Assembly (NCBI RefSeq): GCF_021054785.1
Contig: NZ_CP088239.1
Location: forward strand, 30,001 to 62,000
DNA from: Tannockella kyphosi
Lineage (GTDB): Bacteria > Bacillota_I > Bacilli_A > Erysipelotrichales > Coprobacillaceae
Direction of reading: 5' to 3'
DNA length: 32,000 nucleotides
Made by a program: the position numbers and the translations under genes
Shown: one piece after another, positions 1 to 10,139 of the stretch
How positions within the stretch are numbered: position 1 is the first letter of the stretch
How the letters are laid out: each line of letters opens with the position of its first letter
Notes under the pieces: generated by a model
Databases searched by the model: none
Told to the model about the DNA's origin: nothing
The model's input: only the letters and a program-made list of their open reading frames with translations

Positions 1-220
1 CTACTTGACTATTAGGACGAGCAGGACCAAGAATGATTACATTTTTGATTTCCCCTTTAGGACCTAAAACGCCAACACGTTGATCACTTGCGAACTCACC
101 GGGCTGTGATAATTCTTTTTTAACAGTTAATGAAAATCCTGGACCAAATAAAGCATCAATTGCTTCTTGGTTTAAATGCACATGTCTTGCAGATGTTTCT
201 ACTAATATATTTGAACTCAT
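1..220 (-). CDS. pduL: Phosphate acyltransferase PduL, N-terminal part (C-terminus lies beyond the window start)
   Basis: Minus-strand ATG at 220-218 with AAGGAG (complement of 229-234) 8 nt upstream. Translates MSSNILVETSARHVHLNQEAIDALFGPGFSLTVKKELSQPGEFASDQRVGVLGPKGEIKNVIILGPARPNSQV and stays open to position 1. SARHVHL / LSQPGxFA / GPKG / ILGPxR is the PduL repeat signature as I remember it. Not in the ORF track because it is truncated. Confidence 0.8.
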   Translation of the reverse strand, partial: MSSNILVETSARHVHLNQEAIDALFGPGFSLTVKKELSQPGEFASDQRVGVLGPKGEIKNVIILGPARPNSQV

Positions 221-439
221 TTTTATATCTCCTTTATATACCTTCACGTATATAATACGCTTTTTCTCTTTTTTTTCAAGTTTTATGAAAAAAAAATAAA
301 AATATTTTATCATTGTTATAACAAAAATTTATTATTTTAGTAAAAACCTATTACAAAAAGTCCTTTTTAAGAGCTTTTTCATGCTTTTTTGACGTATATT
401 CCATATATATTTAGGGATAATACAAATATAGCACATATC

Positions 440-468
440 TTTACATAATTTCCGAATTATAGTATTAT
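440..468 (+). promoter_or_regulatory. Candidate sigma-A promoter for gltBD
   Basis: TTTACA (440-445), 17-nt spacer, TATTAT (463-468), about 30 nt upstream of the gltB ATG. An AT-rich background makes such matches common. Confidence 0.3.
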
Positions 469-498
469 TACAATACTTAAAATAAGGAGGGATATACA

Positions 499-3400
499 AT
501 GAAGAATGAAAATGATAATAATTTATACAATTCATCATTTGAACATGATAACTGTGGGATTGGTGCAGTTGTAAATATATCGGGTGATCAAACACACTAT
601 ACAGTATCTACAGCACTATCTATTGTAGAACAACTAGAACATCGTGCGGGTAAAGATGTTACTGGGCAAACGGGAGATGGAGTAGGGATTTTAACACAAA
701 TTCCACATCATTATTTTGAAAAAGTAACGAAAGATTTCACGTTACCACAAAAAGGCCACTATGGAGTAGGGATGTTCTTTTTCCCTCAAGATCCAAAACA
801 ACTTGCAAATGTAAAACAATCATTAGAATCAAAAATAGAACAATTAGGTTTATGCTTATTAGGATGGAGAAATGTTCCTCATACACCATCTGTATTAGGC
901 CAAAAAGCATTAGATGCAATGCCAGCCTTATGGCAATGTTTCATTAAAAAACCAGAAGATATAGAAGTTGGAATCAATTTTGATCGAAAACTATATCAAG
1001 TTCGTCGATTATTTGAAAAAGAAAATCATGAAGAAATGTATGTATGTTCATTATCTTCACGTACCATTGTATATAAAGGAATGTTCTTAGTAGGACAACT
1101 TCGTTCATTCTTTAATGATTTACAAGATGAAGCTTATGAAAGTGCAATAGCATTAGTGCATTCACGTTTTTCTACGAATACAATGCCTTCATGGCAAAGA
1201 GCTCATCCTAATCGTTTTATGGTCCATAATGGAGAAATCAATACAATTAAAGGGAATGCAGCCAATATGTTATGTCGTGAAGAATGCGTTGTAACAGATA
1301 AAGTAGATACTGATATTGTATATCCAGTAGTAGATGTTGCTGGATCAGATTCATCAAGATTAGATAACTCGTTAGAATTCTTAGTAATGGGTGGGATGGA
1401 TTTACCAAAAGCAGTTATGATGTGTATTCCTGAACCTTTTGAAAATAATCGTGTAATGTCTCAATCTAAAAAAGACTTCTACGCTTATAATGCTACATTA
1501 ATGGAACCTTGGGATGGACCAGCTTCGATTCTTTTTAGTGACGGTGATGTAATGGGAGCAATCCTAGATAGAAATGGACTACGTCCATCTCGTTACTATA
1601 TTACCGATGATAATTATTTAATCTTAGCTTCTGAAGTAGGAGCAATTCCTTTAGCACCTGAAAAAATAGTGGTAAAAGAAAGATTACGTCCTGGTAAGAT
1701 GTTATTAGTAGATACAAAACAAGGGAAATTATTATCAGATGAAGAATTAAAAGAAGATTATAGTACACGTCTTCCTTATGGAGAATGGTTAGAAAATAAT
1801 GTAGTACATTTATCAAAACTAAAAGTACCAAATGTATCAGTACCTTTATATAAAGAAAAAGAACTAACACAAAGACAAATGGTGCATGGATTTAGTTATG
1901 AAGATGTTCATGATTATATTTTACCGATGGCAACAAGTGGTGGAGAACCAGTTATTGCAATGGGGAATGATGCTCCGATTGCTTTATTATCATCAAAACA
2001 ACAACCTTTATTTAACTACTTTAAACAGTTATTTGCTCAAGTAACAAATCCTCCAATCGATGCTATTCGTGAAGAAATAGTTACTGCAACAAGTTTATTT
2101 ATTGGACGTGATGGAAATATATTAGTAGATACACCAAGTAATTGTCAGTTAATTAAAATAAATAATCCAATCTTATCAAATACAGATATGTTAAAAATAA
2201 AACATATGAAACAAGCTGGTTTCAAAGTTGTTGAATTACCAATGACTTATAAAAAAGGAACTTCTTTAAAAGAAGCTTTAGACAATATGTTTGAAAACGC
2301 TAAAAAAGAAATATTAAATGGTGCAACAGCAATCATTATTAGTGATCGTAGTTTAAGTGACCAATTAATACCAATCCCTTCTTTACTAGCAGTTAGTGGA
2401 TTACATCAATACTTAGTAAAAAACAAACTAAGAAATAGTACTGCTTTAATTGTAGAATCAGGAGAACCAAGAGAAGTACATCACTTTGCTACTTTATTAG
2501 GTTATGGAGCTAGTGCTGTAAATGGATACTTAGTTCAAGATACTATTTATCAATTAGTAGAAGAAGGTTTATTACAAAAAGATTATCATACTGCAGTAGA
2601 AGACTATAACCATGGAGTATTACATGGTATTACTAAAATAGCATCTAAAATGGGTATCTCAACAATGCAATCATACCGTGGTTCTAAGAATTTTGAAGCA
2701 TTAGGTATTAGTAGTGAATTAATAGAAGCATATTTTGATAATACTGTTTCTAGAATTGGCGGGATTACTTTAGAAGATATAGAAAAAATGGTTTTATCAA
2801 ATTATTATAAAGCTTTTGACCCAATGCAATATGATGTAGATTTATCATTAGATAGTGATGGAATGCATAAAGCTCGTGGTGGAAAAGAAGAACATTTATA
2901 TAATCCTAAAACAATTCACTTATTACAACAAGCAACGAAAACAGGAAACTATGAAACTTATAAACAATATGCAACTGCTATTGATCAAGAAGGAAAAGAT
3001 ACGAATATTCGTGGTATGATGGAATTTAAAACAACACGTAAAGCAGTTCCTTTAGAAGAAGTAGAAAGTGTAGAAGCAATTGTAAAAAGATTTAAAACAG
3101 GTGCAATGTCTTATGGTTCTATTTCAAAAGAAGCACATGAAACAATGGCTATTGCAATGAATCACTTAGGAGCTAAATCAAATAGTGGTGAAGGTGGAGA
3201 AGATGTTGAAAGATTTGAAATTGATGAATTTGGAAACAATCGTTGTTCTGCTATTAAACAAGTAGCTTCAGGTCGTTTTGGGGTTACATCCGCATATTTA
3301 TGTAGTGCCAAAGAAATACAAATCAAATTAGCACAAGGAGCAAAACCAGGAGAAGGTGGACAATTACCTGCTACTAAAGTATATCCTTGGGTTGCAAAAA

Positions 3401-5013
3401 CTCGTCATTCTACGCCGGGTGTGGGACTAATCTCACCACCACCTCATCATGATATCTATTCAATAGAAGACTTAGCACAGCTAATCTATGACCTTAAAAA
3501 CGCAAACACAGAAGCTCGTATTTCTGTAAAGTTAGTATCAGAAACAGGAGTAGGGACAATTGCGGCTGGGGTTGCTAAAGCTGGTGCAGGAGTTGTATTA
3601 ATTTCAGGATATGATGGTGGAACCGGAGCTGCCCCTAAGAACTCAGTATACAACGCTGGATTACCTTGGGAACTTGGTTTAGCCGAAGCCCATCAAACAT
3701 TAATTATGAATGGACTTAGAAGTCGTGTCGTATTAGAAACAGATGGTAAATTAATGACAGGTAGAGATTTAGCGATAGCAACTCTACTTGGAGCAGAAGA
3801 ATATGGTTTTGCAACAGCACCATTAGTAACCATGGGATGTGTTATGATGCGTGTATGTAATTTAGATACTTGTCCCGTGGGAGTAGCTACACAAAATCCA
3901 ATCTTAAGAAAAAGATTTACTGGAAAACCAGAATATGTAGAAAACTTTATGAAGTTTGTAGCACAAGATTTCCGTGAACATATGGCAATGCTTGGTTTTA
4001 GAACCGTAGAAGAAATGGTAGGACATGTAGAATTATTAGAAACAGGAGAAGCTTATAAAGCCGATCTAGCACGTATTTTAGATACTACTTATACTACTAA
4101 TACAAATATTTGTTATGATCCAACTAATTCTTATGACTTTGAATTAGAAAAAGTAAAAGACACAACTATTTTATTAGCTAACTTACAAACAGCGATTGTA
4201 GCAAAAGAAGCGAAACAATTAACAGTAGAAATAGATAACCTAGATCGTAGTTTTGGAACAATCTTAGGATCAATCATTACCAAACATCATATGTTTGGTT
4301 TAGAAGAAGATACCTATCAAATTACTTGTAATGGATCTGCTGGACAAAGCTTTGGAGCATTTATTCCAAAAGGCTTATCAATCAAAGTATTTGGTGATAC
4401 AAATGATTATTTTGGAAAAGGTTTATCAGGTGGTAAATTATCAGTAGTACCACCAACAGGATCACTATTTAAACCAGAAGACAATATCATTGTTGGGAAT
4501 GTTGCAATGTATGGAGCAACATCAGGGAAAGTATTTGTAAATGGGATAGCTGGTGAACGTTTTGCAGTTCGTAACTCTGGAGCAATGGCTGTTGTTGAAG
4601 GAGTTGGAGATCATGGTTTAGAATACATGACGGGTGGAAAAGTAGTAGTTCTTGGTCAAACAGGACGTAACTTTGCAGCTGGGATGTCAGGGGGAATAGC
4701 TTATGTTTATGACCCTGAAAATATTTTATATAAAAACTTAAATAAAGAAATGGTTGAATATGGTTTTGTACATCTTTTAAATGATCGTCAAGAGTTAAAA
4801 GAAATGATTCAAGAACATGTTGCCCACACAGCATCACCACTAGGACAACGTATATTAGATGACTATGAACAAACAGTACGTAGCTTTAAAAAAGTAATTC
4901 CTCATGATTATAAGAAAGTAACAGAAGCAATTGCTTTATTCCAAAGTCAAGGAATGGATTATGATCAAGCTAGTATTGAAGCATTCAATATGGTTAAGAA
5001 AGGAGTAAAATAA
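499..5013 (+). CDS. gltB: Glutamate synthase large subunit
   Basis: 1504-aa ORF with AAGGAGG 8 nt upstream of the ATG. N-terminal HDNCGIGAV carries the Ntn-amidotransferase catalytic Cys after a short propeptide. Central FMN/Fe-S region and C-terminal glycine-rich beta-helix repeats (GDHGLEYMTGG, GRNFAAGMSGG). Stop overlaps the gltD start (TAATG). Confidence 0.97.
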   Translation: MKNENDNNLYNSSFEHDNCGIGAVVNISGDQTHYTVSTALSIVEQLEHRAGKDVTGQTGDGVGILTQIPHHYFEKVTKDFTLPQKGHYGVGMFFFPQDPKQLANVKQSLESKIEQLGLCLLGWRNVPHTPSVLGQKALDAMPALWQCFIKKPEDIEVGINFDRKLYQVRRLFEKENHEEMYVCSLSSRTIVYKGMFLVGQLRSFFNDLQDEAYESAIALVHSRFSTNTMPSWQRAHPNRFMVHNGEINTIKGNAANMLCREECVVTDKVDTDIVYPVVDVAGSDSSRLDNSLEFLVMGGMDLPKAVMMCIPEPFENNRVMSQSKKDFYAYNATLMEPWDGPASILFSDGDVMGAILDRNGLRPSRYYITDDNYLILASEVGAIPLAPEKIVVKERLRPGKMLLVDTKQGKLLSDEELKEDYSTRLPYGEWLENNVVHLSKLKVPNVSVPLYKEKELTQRQMVHGFSYEDVHDYILPMATSGGEPVIAMGNDAPIALLSSKQQPLFNYFKQLFAQVTNPPIDAIREEIVTATSLFIGRDGNILVDTPSNCQLIKINNPILSNTDMLKIKHMKQAGFKVVELPMTYKKGTSLKEALDNMFENAKKEILNGATAIIISDRSLSDQLIPIPSLLAVSGLHQYLVKNKLRNSTALIVESGEPREVHHFATLLGYGASAVNGYLVQDTIYQLVEEGLLQKDYHTAVEDYNHGVLHGITKIASKMGISTMQSYRGSKNFEALGISSELIEAYFDNTVSRIGGITLEDIEKMVLSNYYKAFDPMQYDVDLSLDSDGMHKARGGKEEHLYNPKTIHLLQQATKTGNYETYKQYATAIDQEGKDTNIRGMMEFKTTRKAVPLEEVESVEAIVKRFKTGAMSYGSISKEAHETMAIAMNHLGAKSNSGEGGEDVERFEIDEFGNNRCSAIKQVASGRFGVTSAYLCSAKEIQIKLAQGAKPGEGGQLPATKVYPWVAKTRHSTPGVGLISPPPHHDIYSIEDLAQLIYDLKNANTEARISVKLVSETGVGTIAAGVAKAGAGVVLISGYDGGTGAAPKNSVYNAGLPWELGLAEAHQTLIMNGLRSRVVLETDGKLMTGRDLAIATLLGAEEYGFATAPLVTMGCVMMRVCNLDTCPVGVATQNPILRKRFTGKPEYVENFMKFVAQDFREHMAMLGFRTVEEMVGHVELLETGEAYKADLARILDTTYTTNTNICYDPTNSYDFELEKVKDTTILLANLQTAIVAKEAKQLTVEIDNLDRSFGTILGSIITKHHMFGLEEDTYQITCNGSAGQSFGAFIPKGLSIKVFGDTNDYFGKGLSGGKLSVVPPTGSLFKPEDNIIVGNVAMYGATSGKVFVNGIAGERFAVRNSGAMAVVEGVGDHGLEYMTGGKVVVLGQTGRNFAAGMSGGIAYVYDPENILYKNLNKEMVEYGFVHLLNDRQELKEMIQEHVAHTASPLGQRILDDYEQTVRSFKKVIPHDYKKVTEAIALFQSQGMDYDQASIEAFNMVKKGVK

Positions 5014-6479
5014 TGGGTAAATTAAATGGATTTCTAGATATCGAAAGACAAGTTAGTAAAACAATTGCTCCAAAAGAAAGAATTAAAAACTTTAAAGAAT
5101 TTCATATCCCATTAACTCCTGACCAACAATCTTTGCAAGGTGCACGTTGCATGGATTGTGGAGTTCCTTTTTGTCAATCAGCTGTGGAATTAGATGGAAT
5201 CGTAACAGGATGTCCGTTAAATAATTTAGTACCTGAATGGAATGATTTAATTACAAAAGGACACTATCGTCAAGCAGCTTATCGTTTATTAAAAACAAAT
5301 AATTTTCCTGAATTTACTTCTCGAGTATGCCCTGCTTTATGTGAAGCAGCATGTACATGTGGTTTACATGGAGAAGCAGTATCTGTTCATGAAAATGAAT
5401 ACGCTATTATAGAAGAAGCTTTTGATAAAGGGTGGATCCAACCATTACCACCATTAAAAAGAAATGATTATAAAATAGCAGTAGTTGGTTCAGGTCCTGC
5501 TGGTTTAGCAGTAGCTGACCAATTAAATAAACGTGGTTATCATGTAACTGTTTTTGAAAGAGATGATCGTGTTGGGGGATTATTGATGTATGGAATTCCA
5601 AACATGAAACTTGAAAAACATATTATTGAACGTCGTATTGCGATTATGGAAGCAGAAGGAGTTCAATTTAAAACAAATAGTGGGATAGAAACAAAAGCTC
5701 AAGCTGAACAATTACAAGAAGATTTTGATCGTGTTGTATTAGCTTGTGGAACACGTCTTGCTCGTGATATTCCAGTAACAAATCGAGATGCAAAAGGTAT
5801 CTATTTTGCAGTAGATTATCTAACAAATATTACAAAATCATTATTAGATCATGATTTAAAAGAAGGTTCTTTTATTGAAACAAAAGGAAAAAAAGTATTA
5901 GTTATCGGTGGTGGAGATACTGGAAATGACTGTGTTGGAACTGCTATTCGTTTAGGATGCCAGGATGTAATACAATTAGAAATGATGCCAGAATTACCAA
6001 CTACTAGAAGTGAAGATAATCCTTGGCCAACATGGCCACGTATTAAAAAGACAGATTATGGACAAGTGGAAAGTCTTGCTGTCTTTGATAAAGATCCACG
6101 TCAATACCAAACAACTGTCAAAGAGTTTATTAAAAATGAACAAGGACATGTTTGTGGAGCAATCTTGTTATCATTACAAAAAGATGAAAACAATCGAATG
6201 GTTCCAGTAGCAGGTAGTGAAAAAGAAATTGAAGTAGATTTAGTGTTTATTGCAGCTGGTTTTATTGGGGCACAAAAACATGTAACAGAAGCATTTGATG
6301 TAGAAATGAATGAAAGAAATTGTGTCGTACAAACCAATCATCGTACTACAAAATCAAATATCTATGTAGCTGGAGATATGAAACGAGGACAGTCTTTAGT
6401 AGTGTGGGCGATTCGTGAAGGTCGAGATGTTGCAAAGGTAGTAGATTATGATTGTATGGGATATACTAATTTAAGATAG
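5013..6479 (+). CDS. gltD: Glutamate synthase small (NADPH) subunit
   Basis: 488 aa. N-terminal Cys clusters (CMDCGVPFC, CPALCEAAC) and two dinucleotide-binding motifs (VGSGPAGLA, IGGGDTGNDC). Translationally coupled to gltB. Confidence 0.95.
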   Translation: MGKLNGFLDIERQVSKTIAPKERIKNFKEFHIPLTPDQQSLQGARCMDCGVPFCQSAVELDGIVTGCPLNNLVPEWNDLITKGHYRQAAYRLLKTNNFPEFTSRVCPALCEAACTCGLHGEAVSVHENEYAIIEEAFDKGWIQPLPPLKRNDYKIAVVGSGPAGLAVADQLNKRGYHVTVFERDDRVGGLLMYGIPNMKLEKHIIERRIAIMEAEGVQFKTNSGIETKAQAEQLQEDFDRVVLACGTRLARDIPVTNRDAKGIYFAVDYLTNITKSLLDHDLKEGSFIETKGKKVLVIGGGDTGNDCVGTAIRLGCQDVIQLEMMPELPTTRSEDNPWPTWPRIKKTDYGQVESLAVFDKDPRQYQTTVKEFIKNEQGHVCGAILLSLQKDENNRMVPVAGSEKEIEVDLVFIAAGFIGAQKHVTEAFDVEMNERNCVVQTNHRTTKSNIYVAGDMKRGQSLVVWAIREGRDVAKVVDYDCMGYTNLR

Positions 6480-6504
6480 CATAGCAATATGTTATCTTTT
6501 ATTT
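6475..6504 (+). terminator. Candidate intrinsic terminator after gltD
   Basis: GATAGCAT (6475-6482) pairs with ATGTTATC (6489-6496) with one G-U wobble and a 6-nt loop, followed by TTTTATTTT. The stem is AT-rich and weak. Confidence 0.4.
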
Positions 6505-6516
6505 TGAATTTAAAAA

Positions 6517-6525
6517 TGGTATAAT
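6517..6525 (+). promoter_or_regulatory. Extended -10 promoter element upstream of cdaA
   Basis: TGgTATAAT at 6517-6525, 25 nt upstream of the cdaA ATG. No good -35 at 17-nt spacing (the TTGAAT at 6504-6509 is only 10 nt away). Confidence 0.35.
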
Positions 6526-6549
6526 CTTAAAAGAAAGAGGGTGGGATAT

Positions 6550-7338
6550 ATGCCTTATGAAATCATTATTAGTGTTTTACGCACAATAGTAGATATTGCT
6601 TTAGTATGGTTTATTATCTATTTAATATTAAATATGTTAAAACAAAATGTTCGTACCATGCAATTATTTAAGGGAGTGCTACTTATCTTATTTTTAAAGT
6701 TAATAACCAGTGTATTTGGTTTTTCGAATATGGATTACTTAGTAGATACGATGTTAACATGGGGGATAGTTTGTATTGTTGTTGTATTTCAACCAGAAAT
6801 TCGTGCAACATTAGAAAAATTAGGTCAAACAAAACTTAATTATCATATTGATGATATGTCAGAAGATGAAAAAGTACGACTAATAGATGAAATAGTGAGT
6901 GCTGTTACACGTTTATCACAAAGTAATACAGGGGCTTTGATTACTTTTGAAAAAACTCAATCTTTAGCTGATTATATTAACTCAGGTACAAAGATAAATG
7001 CGGATATTAAAGAAGAATTATTTACTACTATTTTTTGGGAAGGAACACCATTACATGATGGAGCTGTTATTATAAAAGGCGATCGTGTTGTTTGTGCTGC
7101 TGCTTTTTATCCTTCTACAACCAAAGAGTTAAGTCCTATTTATGGAGCACGACATCGTGCTGCTATTGGAATTAGTGAAATAACAGATTCTTTAACAGTG
7201 ATAGTATCGGAAGAAACAGGAACTATTTCTTTTGCAATAGAGGGAGAATTACGTAAGATCCCAAGATTAGAATTAAAAGCAAATTTAATGAAAGAATTAG
7301 ATTGGTTAAAAACAAAGGAGGGTAAAGGTGATGAGTAA
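6550..7338 (+). CDS. cdaA: Diadenylate cyclase CdaA (membrane-anchored DAC domain)
   Basis: Three N-terminal hydrophobic helices, then DAC motifs LHDGAVII (DGA), GARHRAAIGISE (RHR) and VSEETG. ATG 6550, 9 nt after GAGG, is preferred over the GTG 6541 used by the ORF track. Confidence 0.93.
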   Translation: MPYEIIISVLRTIVDIALVWFIIYLILNMLKQNVRTMQLFKGVLLILFLKLITSVFGFSNMDYLVDTMLTWGIVCIVVVFQPEIRATLEKLGQTKLNYHIDDMSEDEKVRLIDEIVSAVTRLSQSNTGALITFEKTQSLADYINSGTKINADIKEELFTTIFWEGTPLHDGAVIIKGDRVVCAAAFYPSTTKELSPIYGARHRAAIGISEITDSLTVIVSEETGTISFAIEGELRKIPRLELKANLMKELDWLKTKEGKGDE

Positions 7339-8710
7339 AAAAGATCCTAATAAAACTTCCACAACTGATATCTTCTTAAATTTTATTTCTCGACAAAAAG
7401 AAGATGAAAAAGAAACAAATAGTCAAGATGATCCAAATTTATTTATAAATGGTGCTTTTAAACATGGTTTACAAGCTATTAATTTTATTAATGGAATGTT
7501 AGATAAAATGTTGTCTACAAAAACAGCTATTCGTGTTTTATCTTTTGTTATTACGATATTGATTGTATTTATGTTAAATGGAGGTTCTGTTGATAATGTT
7601 TTTTCAACACCTACAAGTGGGGATGTTATTAGCGATGTTCCAGTAGAAGTAACAGGTCTTAGTAAAGACTATGTGATTAGTGGTTTAGTAGATCATGTAG
7701 AAGTCATGGTTATTGGTTCTTCTTTAGATATTTATGCCTTAAAAGCAATGAATGATTATTATGTCTATATTGATGCTACTAATTTAGGAGAAGGGGAACA
7801 AACTGTTGAGTTAAAAACAGCAAACTTTTCTGATTCTTTAACAGTAGTAGTAGTACCTTCTAGTATTGTTGTAAAAATAGAATCAAAAGTAACACAAACA
7901 TTCCCATTATCATATCGTTTTATTAATGAAGATGATTTACAAGTGGATGAATCAGTAGCATTAACTGCAATCGATTTAGAAACAATCGAAGTCCGTGGGT
8001 CACAAGAAGATATCGATAGCATTGTTAGTGTAGAAGCCAATATTGATGTATCAAATGCTAGTAGTGAATTCAATCAAGAAGCTAGTATAGTTGCTTATGA
8101 TGGGAATGGTGATATTGTAGAAGTGGAATTTGGTAGTGATACGGTTTATGTAGAGTGTCGCTTAGATACGTATAGTAAAGTAGTTCCTTTGGTAGTAAGA
8201 GTACAAGGGACAGTAGCAGAAAATATGGCAGTGGAAGATATTGTATTAAGTCAAACGGAAGTAACACTTTATGGTAGTGAATCATTGTTAGAAGATGTTA
8301 CTAGTGCCTATGTATATGTAGATGTATCTGATTTAAAGGAAGATACAACACGCACAGCAGTGTCTATTCGTGCAATTGAAGGAGTCAATAAGATGTCTAT
8401 TGCATCGGTAGATGCCATTGTAACGATTGGTGAATTAGAAACAGGTAGCTTGAAAGATGTCGATGTCTCGGTATTGAATTTAGCAGAAGGATATACTTTA
8501 ACGGGGGATTTAACAGTGGATGTTAGCTTTAGTGGAGCAAGCTCAGTAGTAAGTAGTTTAGAAGCATCCAATCTTCAACTAAGCATTGATGTTTCCGATT
8601 TAACAACAGGAGAACATGAAGTAACGCTAAAACTAGAAAGCAGTGAAACGTATGTAACATTTACAACAGTTACTAATTTAACAGTAGAAATAAAAGAACA
8701 GGAGAATTAA
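7331..8710 (+). CDS. cdaR: CdaA regulatory protein CdaR (YbbR-like repeat protein)
   Basis: One TM helix (RVLSFVITILIVFML) followed by a long V/T/S/E/D-rich repeated beta-type region typical of YbbR modules. AAAGGAGGG lies 8 nt upstream of ATG 7331 (GTG 7328 is also possible). Sits between cdaA and glmM as in the conserved Firmicutes operon. Confidence 0.8.
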   Translation: MSKKDPNKTSTTDIFLNFISRQKEDEKETNSQDDPNLFINGAFKHGLQAINFINGMLDKMLSTKTAIRVLSFVITILIVFMLNGGSVDNVFSTPTSGDVISDVPVEVTGLSKDYVISGLVDHVEVMVIGSSLDIYALKAMNDYYVYIDATNLGEGEQTVELKTANFSDSLTVVVVPSSIVVKIESKVTQTFPLSYRFINEDDLQVDESVALTAIDLETIEVRGSQEDIDSIVSVEANIDVSNASSEFNQEASIVAYDGNGDIVEVEFGSDTVYVECRLDTYSKVVPLVVRVQGTVAENMAVEDIVLSQTEVTLYGSESLLEDVTSAYVYVDVSDLKEDTTRTAVSIRAIEGVNKMSIASVDAIVTIGELETGSLKDVDVSVLNLAEGYTLTGDLTVDVSFSGASSVVSSLEASNLQLSIDVSDLTTGEHEVTLKLESSETYVTFTTVTNLTVEIKEQEN

Positions 8711-8711
8711 A

Positions 8712-10064
8712 ATGGGTAAATATTTTGGAACAGATGGTTTTCGAGGAGAAGCAAATGTAGATTTAACAGTAGAACATGCTTTTAAAGTAGGACGTTATTT
8801 AGGATGGTATTTTAGTAGTCAAAAAAGAGTAGGAAAAGCTAAAATAGCCATTGGTAAAGATACGAGAAGAAGTTCTTATATGTTTGAATCCGCTCTTGTT
8901 TCAGGGATTACGGCTAGTGGAGCAGATGCATATTTAATGCATGTTACACCAACACCATCCGTTGCTTATGTCGTACGTACAGAAGAGTTTGATTGTGGAA
9001 TTATGATTTCTGCAAGTCATAATCCTTATTATGACAATGGTATTAAGTTAATTAGTAGCAATGGACATAAGATGAATAGTGATGTAGAAGAAGCAATTGA
9101 AAAATATATAGATGGTCAAATAGAAGAATTACCTCATGCATTAAAAGATGATATTGGTTGTACAGTTGATTATTCAATGGGACGTAATCGTTACATTGGA
9201 TACTTAATGTCAGTTCCAACACGTTCTTTTAAAGATCTAAGAGTTGGTTTAGATTGTTCCAATGGAGCTAGTAGTTCTGTTGCAAAAGCAGTATTTGATG
9301 CACTAGGTGCAAAAACATATGTTATTAATAACCATCCAGATGGATTAAATATTAATACTAATTGTGGTTCTACACATATTGAAGTATTACAAGAATATGT
9401 TCGTCATAAAGGATTAGACATTGGTTTTGCTTATGATGGAGACGCTGATCGATGTATTGCAGTAGATGAATTTGGTAGAGTAGTAGATGGAGATGCGATA
9501 TTATACATTTGTGGAAAACACTTAAAAAATCATGATGAACTATCAAACAATATAGTAGTAACAACCGTTATGTCTAACTTAGGTTTATATAAAGCATTTG
9601 ATAGAGCTGGTATTCAATATGAAAAAACAGCAGTAGGTGATAAATATGTTAATGAAAATATGATTCAAAATGGACACTGTATTGGAGGAGAACAATCAGG
9701 ACATGTCATTTTCTCTAAAAACGCTACTACGGGAGATGGAGTACTAACTTCTTTAAAAGTAATGGAAGCAATGATTGAAAGCAAACAAACAGTAGCCCAA
9801 TTATTAGCTGATTTACACATTTATCCTCAATTACTAAAAAATGTACGTGTTACAAACAAAACAACAGCACAAGAAGATAGTGATGTTCAAGCAGTAATAA
9901 AAGAAGTGGAAGCAAGTTTAGGAAATGAAGGACGTGTATTAGTACGTGAAAGTGGAACGGAACCACTAGTAAGAGTAATGGTAGAAGCAAGTAGTGACGA
10001 TATTTGTGAAAAATGTGTTCATGAAATCGTGAAAAAAATGGAAGAAAAAGGTTACATTCTTTAA
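8712..10064 (+). CDS. glmM: Phosphoglucosamine mutase
   Basis: 450 aa with the phosphoserine loop SASHNP, metal loop DGDADRC and sugar loop GGEQSGH. Starts 1 nt after the cdaR stop. Confidence 0.96.
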   Translation: MGKYFGTDGFRGEANVDLTVEHAFKVGRYLGWYFSSQKRVGKAKIAIGKDTRRSSYMFESALVSGITASGADAYLMHVTPTPSVAYVVRTEEFDCGIMISASHNPYYDNGIKLISSNGHKMNSDVEEAIEKYIDGQIEELPHALKDDIGCTVDYSMGRNRYIGYLMSVPTRSFKDLRVGLDCSNGASSSVAKAVFDALGAKTYVINNHPDGLNINTNCGSTHIEVLQEYVRHKGLDIGFAYDGDADRCIAVDEFGRVVDGDAILYICGKHLKNHDELSNNIVVTTVMSNLGLYKAFDRAGIQYEKTAVGDKYVNENMIQNGHCIGGEQSGHVIFSKNATTGDGVLTSLKVMEAMIESKQTVAQLLADLHIYPQLLKNVRVTNKTTAQEDSDVQAVIKEVEASLGNEGRVLVRESGTEPLVRVMVEASSDDICEKCVHEIVKKMEEKGYIL

Positions 10065-10081
10065 ATAACACAATATCACAC

Positions 10082-10112
10082 AATATTGCCATATATTATG
10101 GCAATATTTTAT
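10082..10112 (+). terminator. Intrinsic terminator after glmM
   Basis: Perfect 12-bp stem AATATTGCCATA (10082-10093) / TATGGCAATATT (10097-10108) with a 3-nt loop, followed by TTTTAT. Confidence 0.6.
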
Positions 10113-10139
10113 ATATGATATTGTAAGGAGGTGGAGTAC

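Noticed and set aside
314-323. Palindrome TGTTATAACA in the pduL/gltB intergenic region, containing both TnrA/GlnR half-sites (TGTNA and TNACA).
   Set aside because: The canonical box needs a 7-nt spacer between the half-sites, and here they abut. Short AT-rich palindromes are frequent in this background. I found no 17-bp TGTNA-N7-TNACA match between 221 and 498.
6504-6509. TTGAAT as a -35 for the cdaA promoter.
   Set aside because: It lies only 10 nt from the TATAAT at 6520-6525. The promoter is better read as an extended -10 type.
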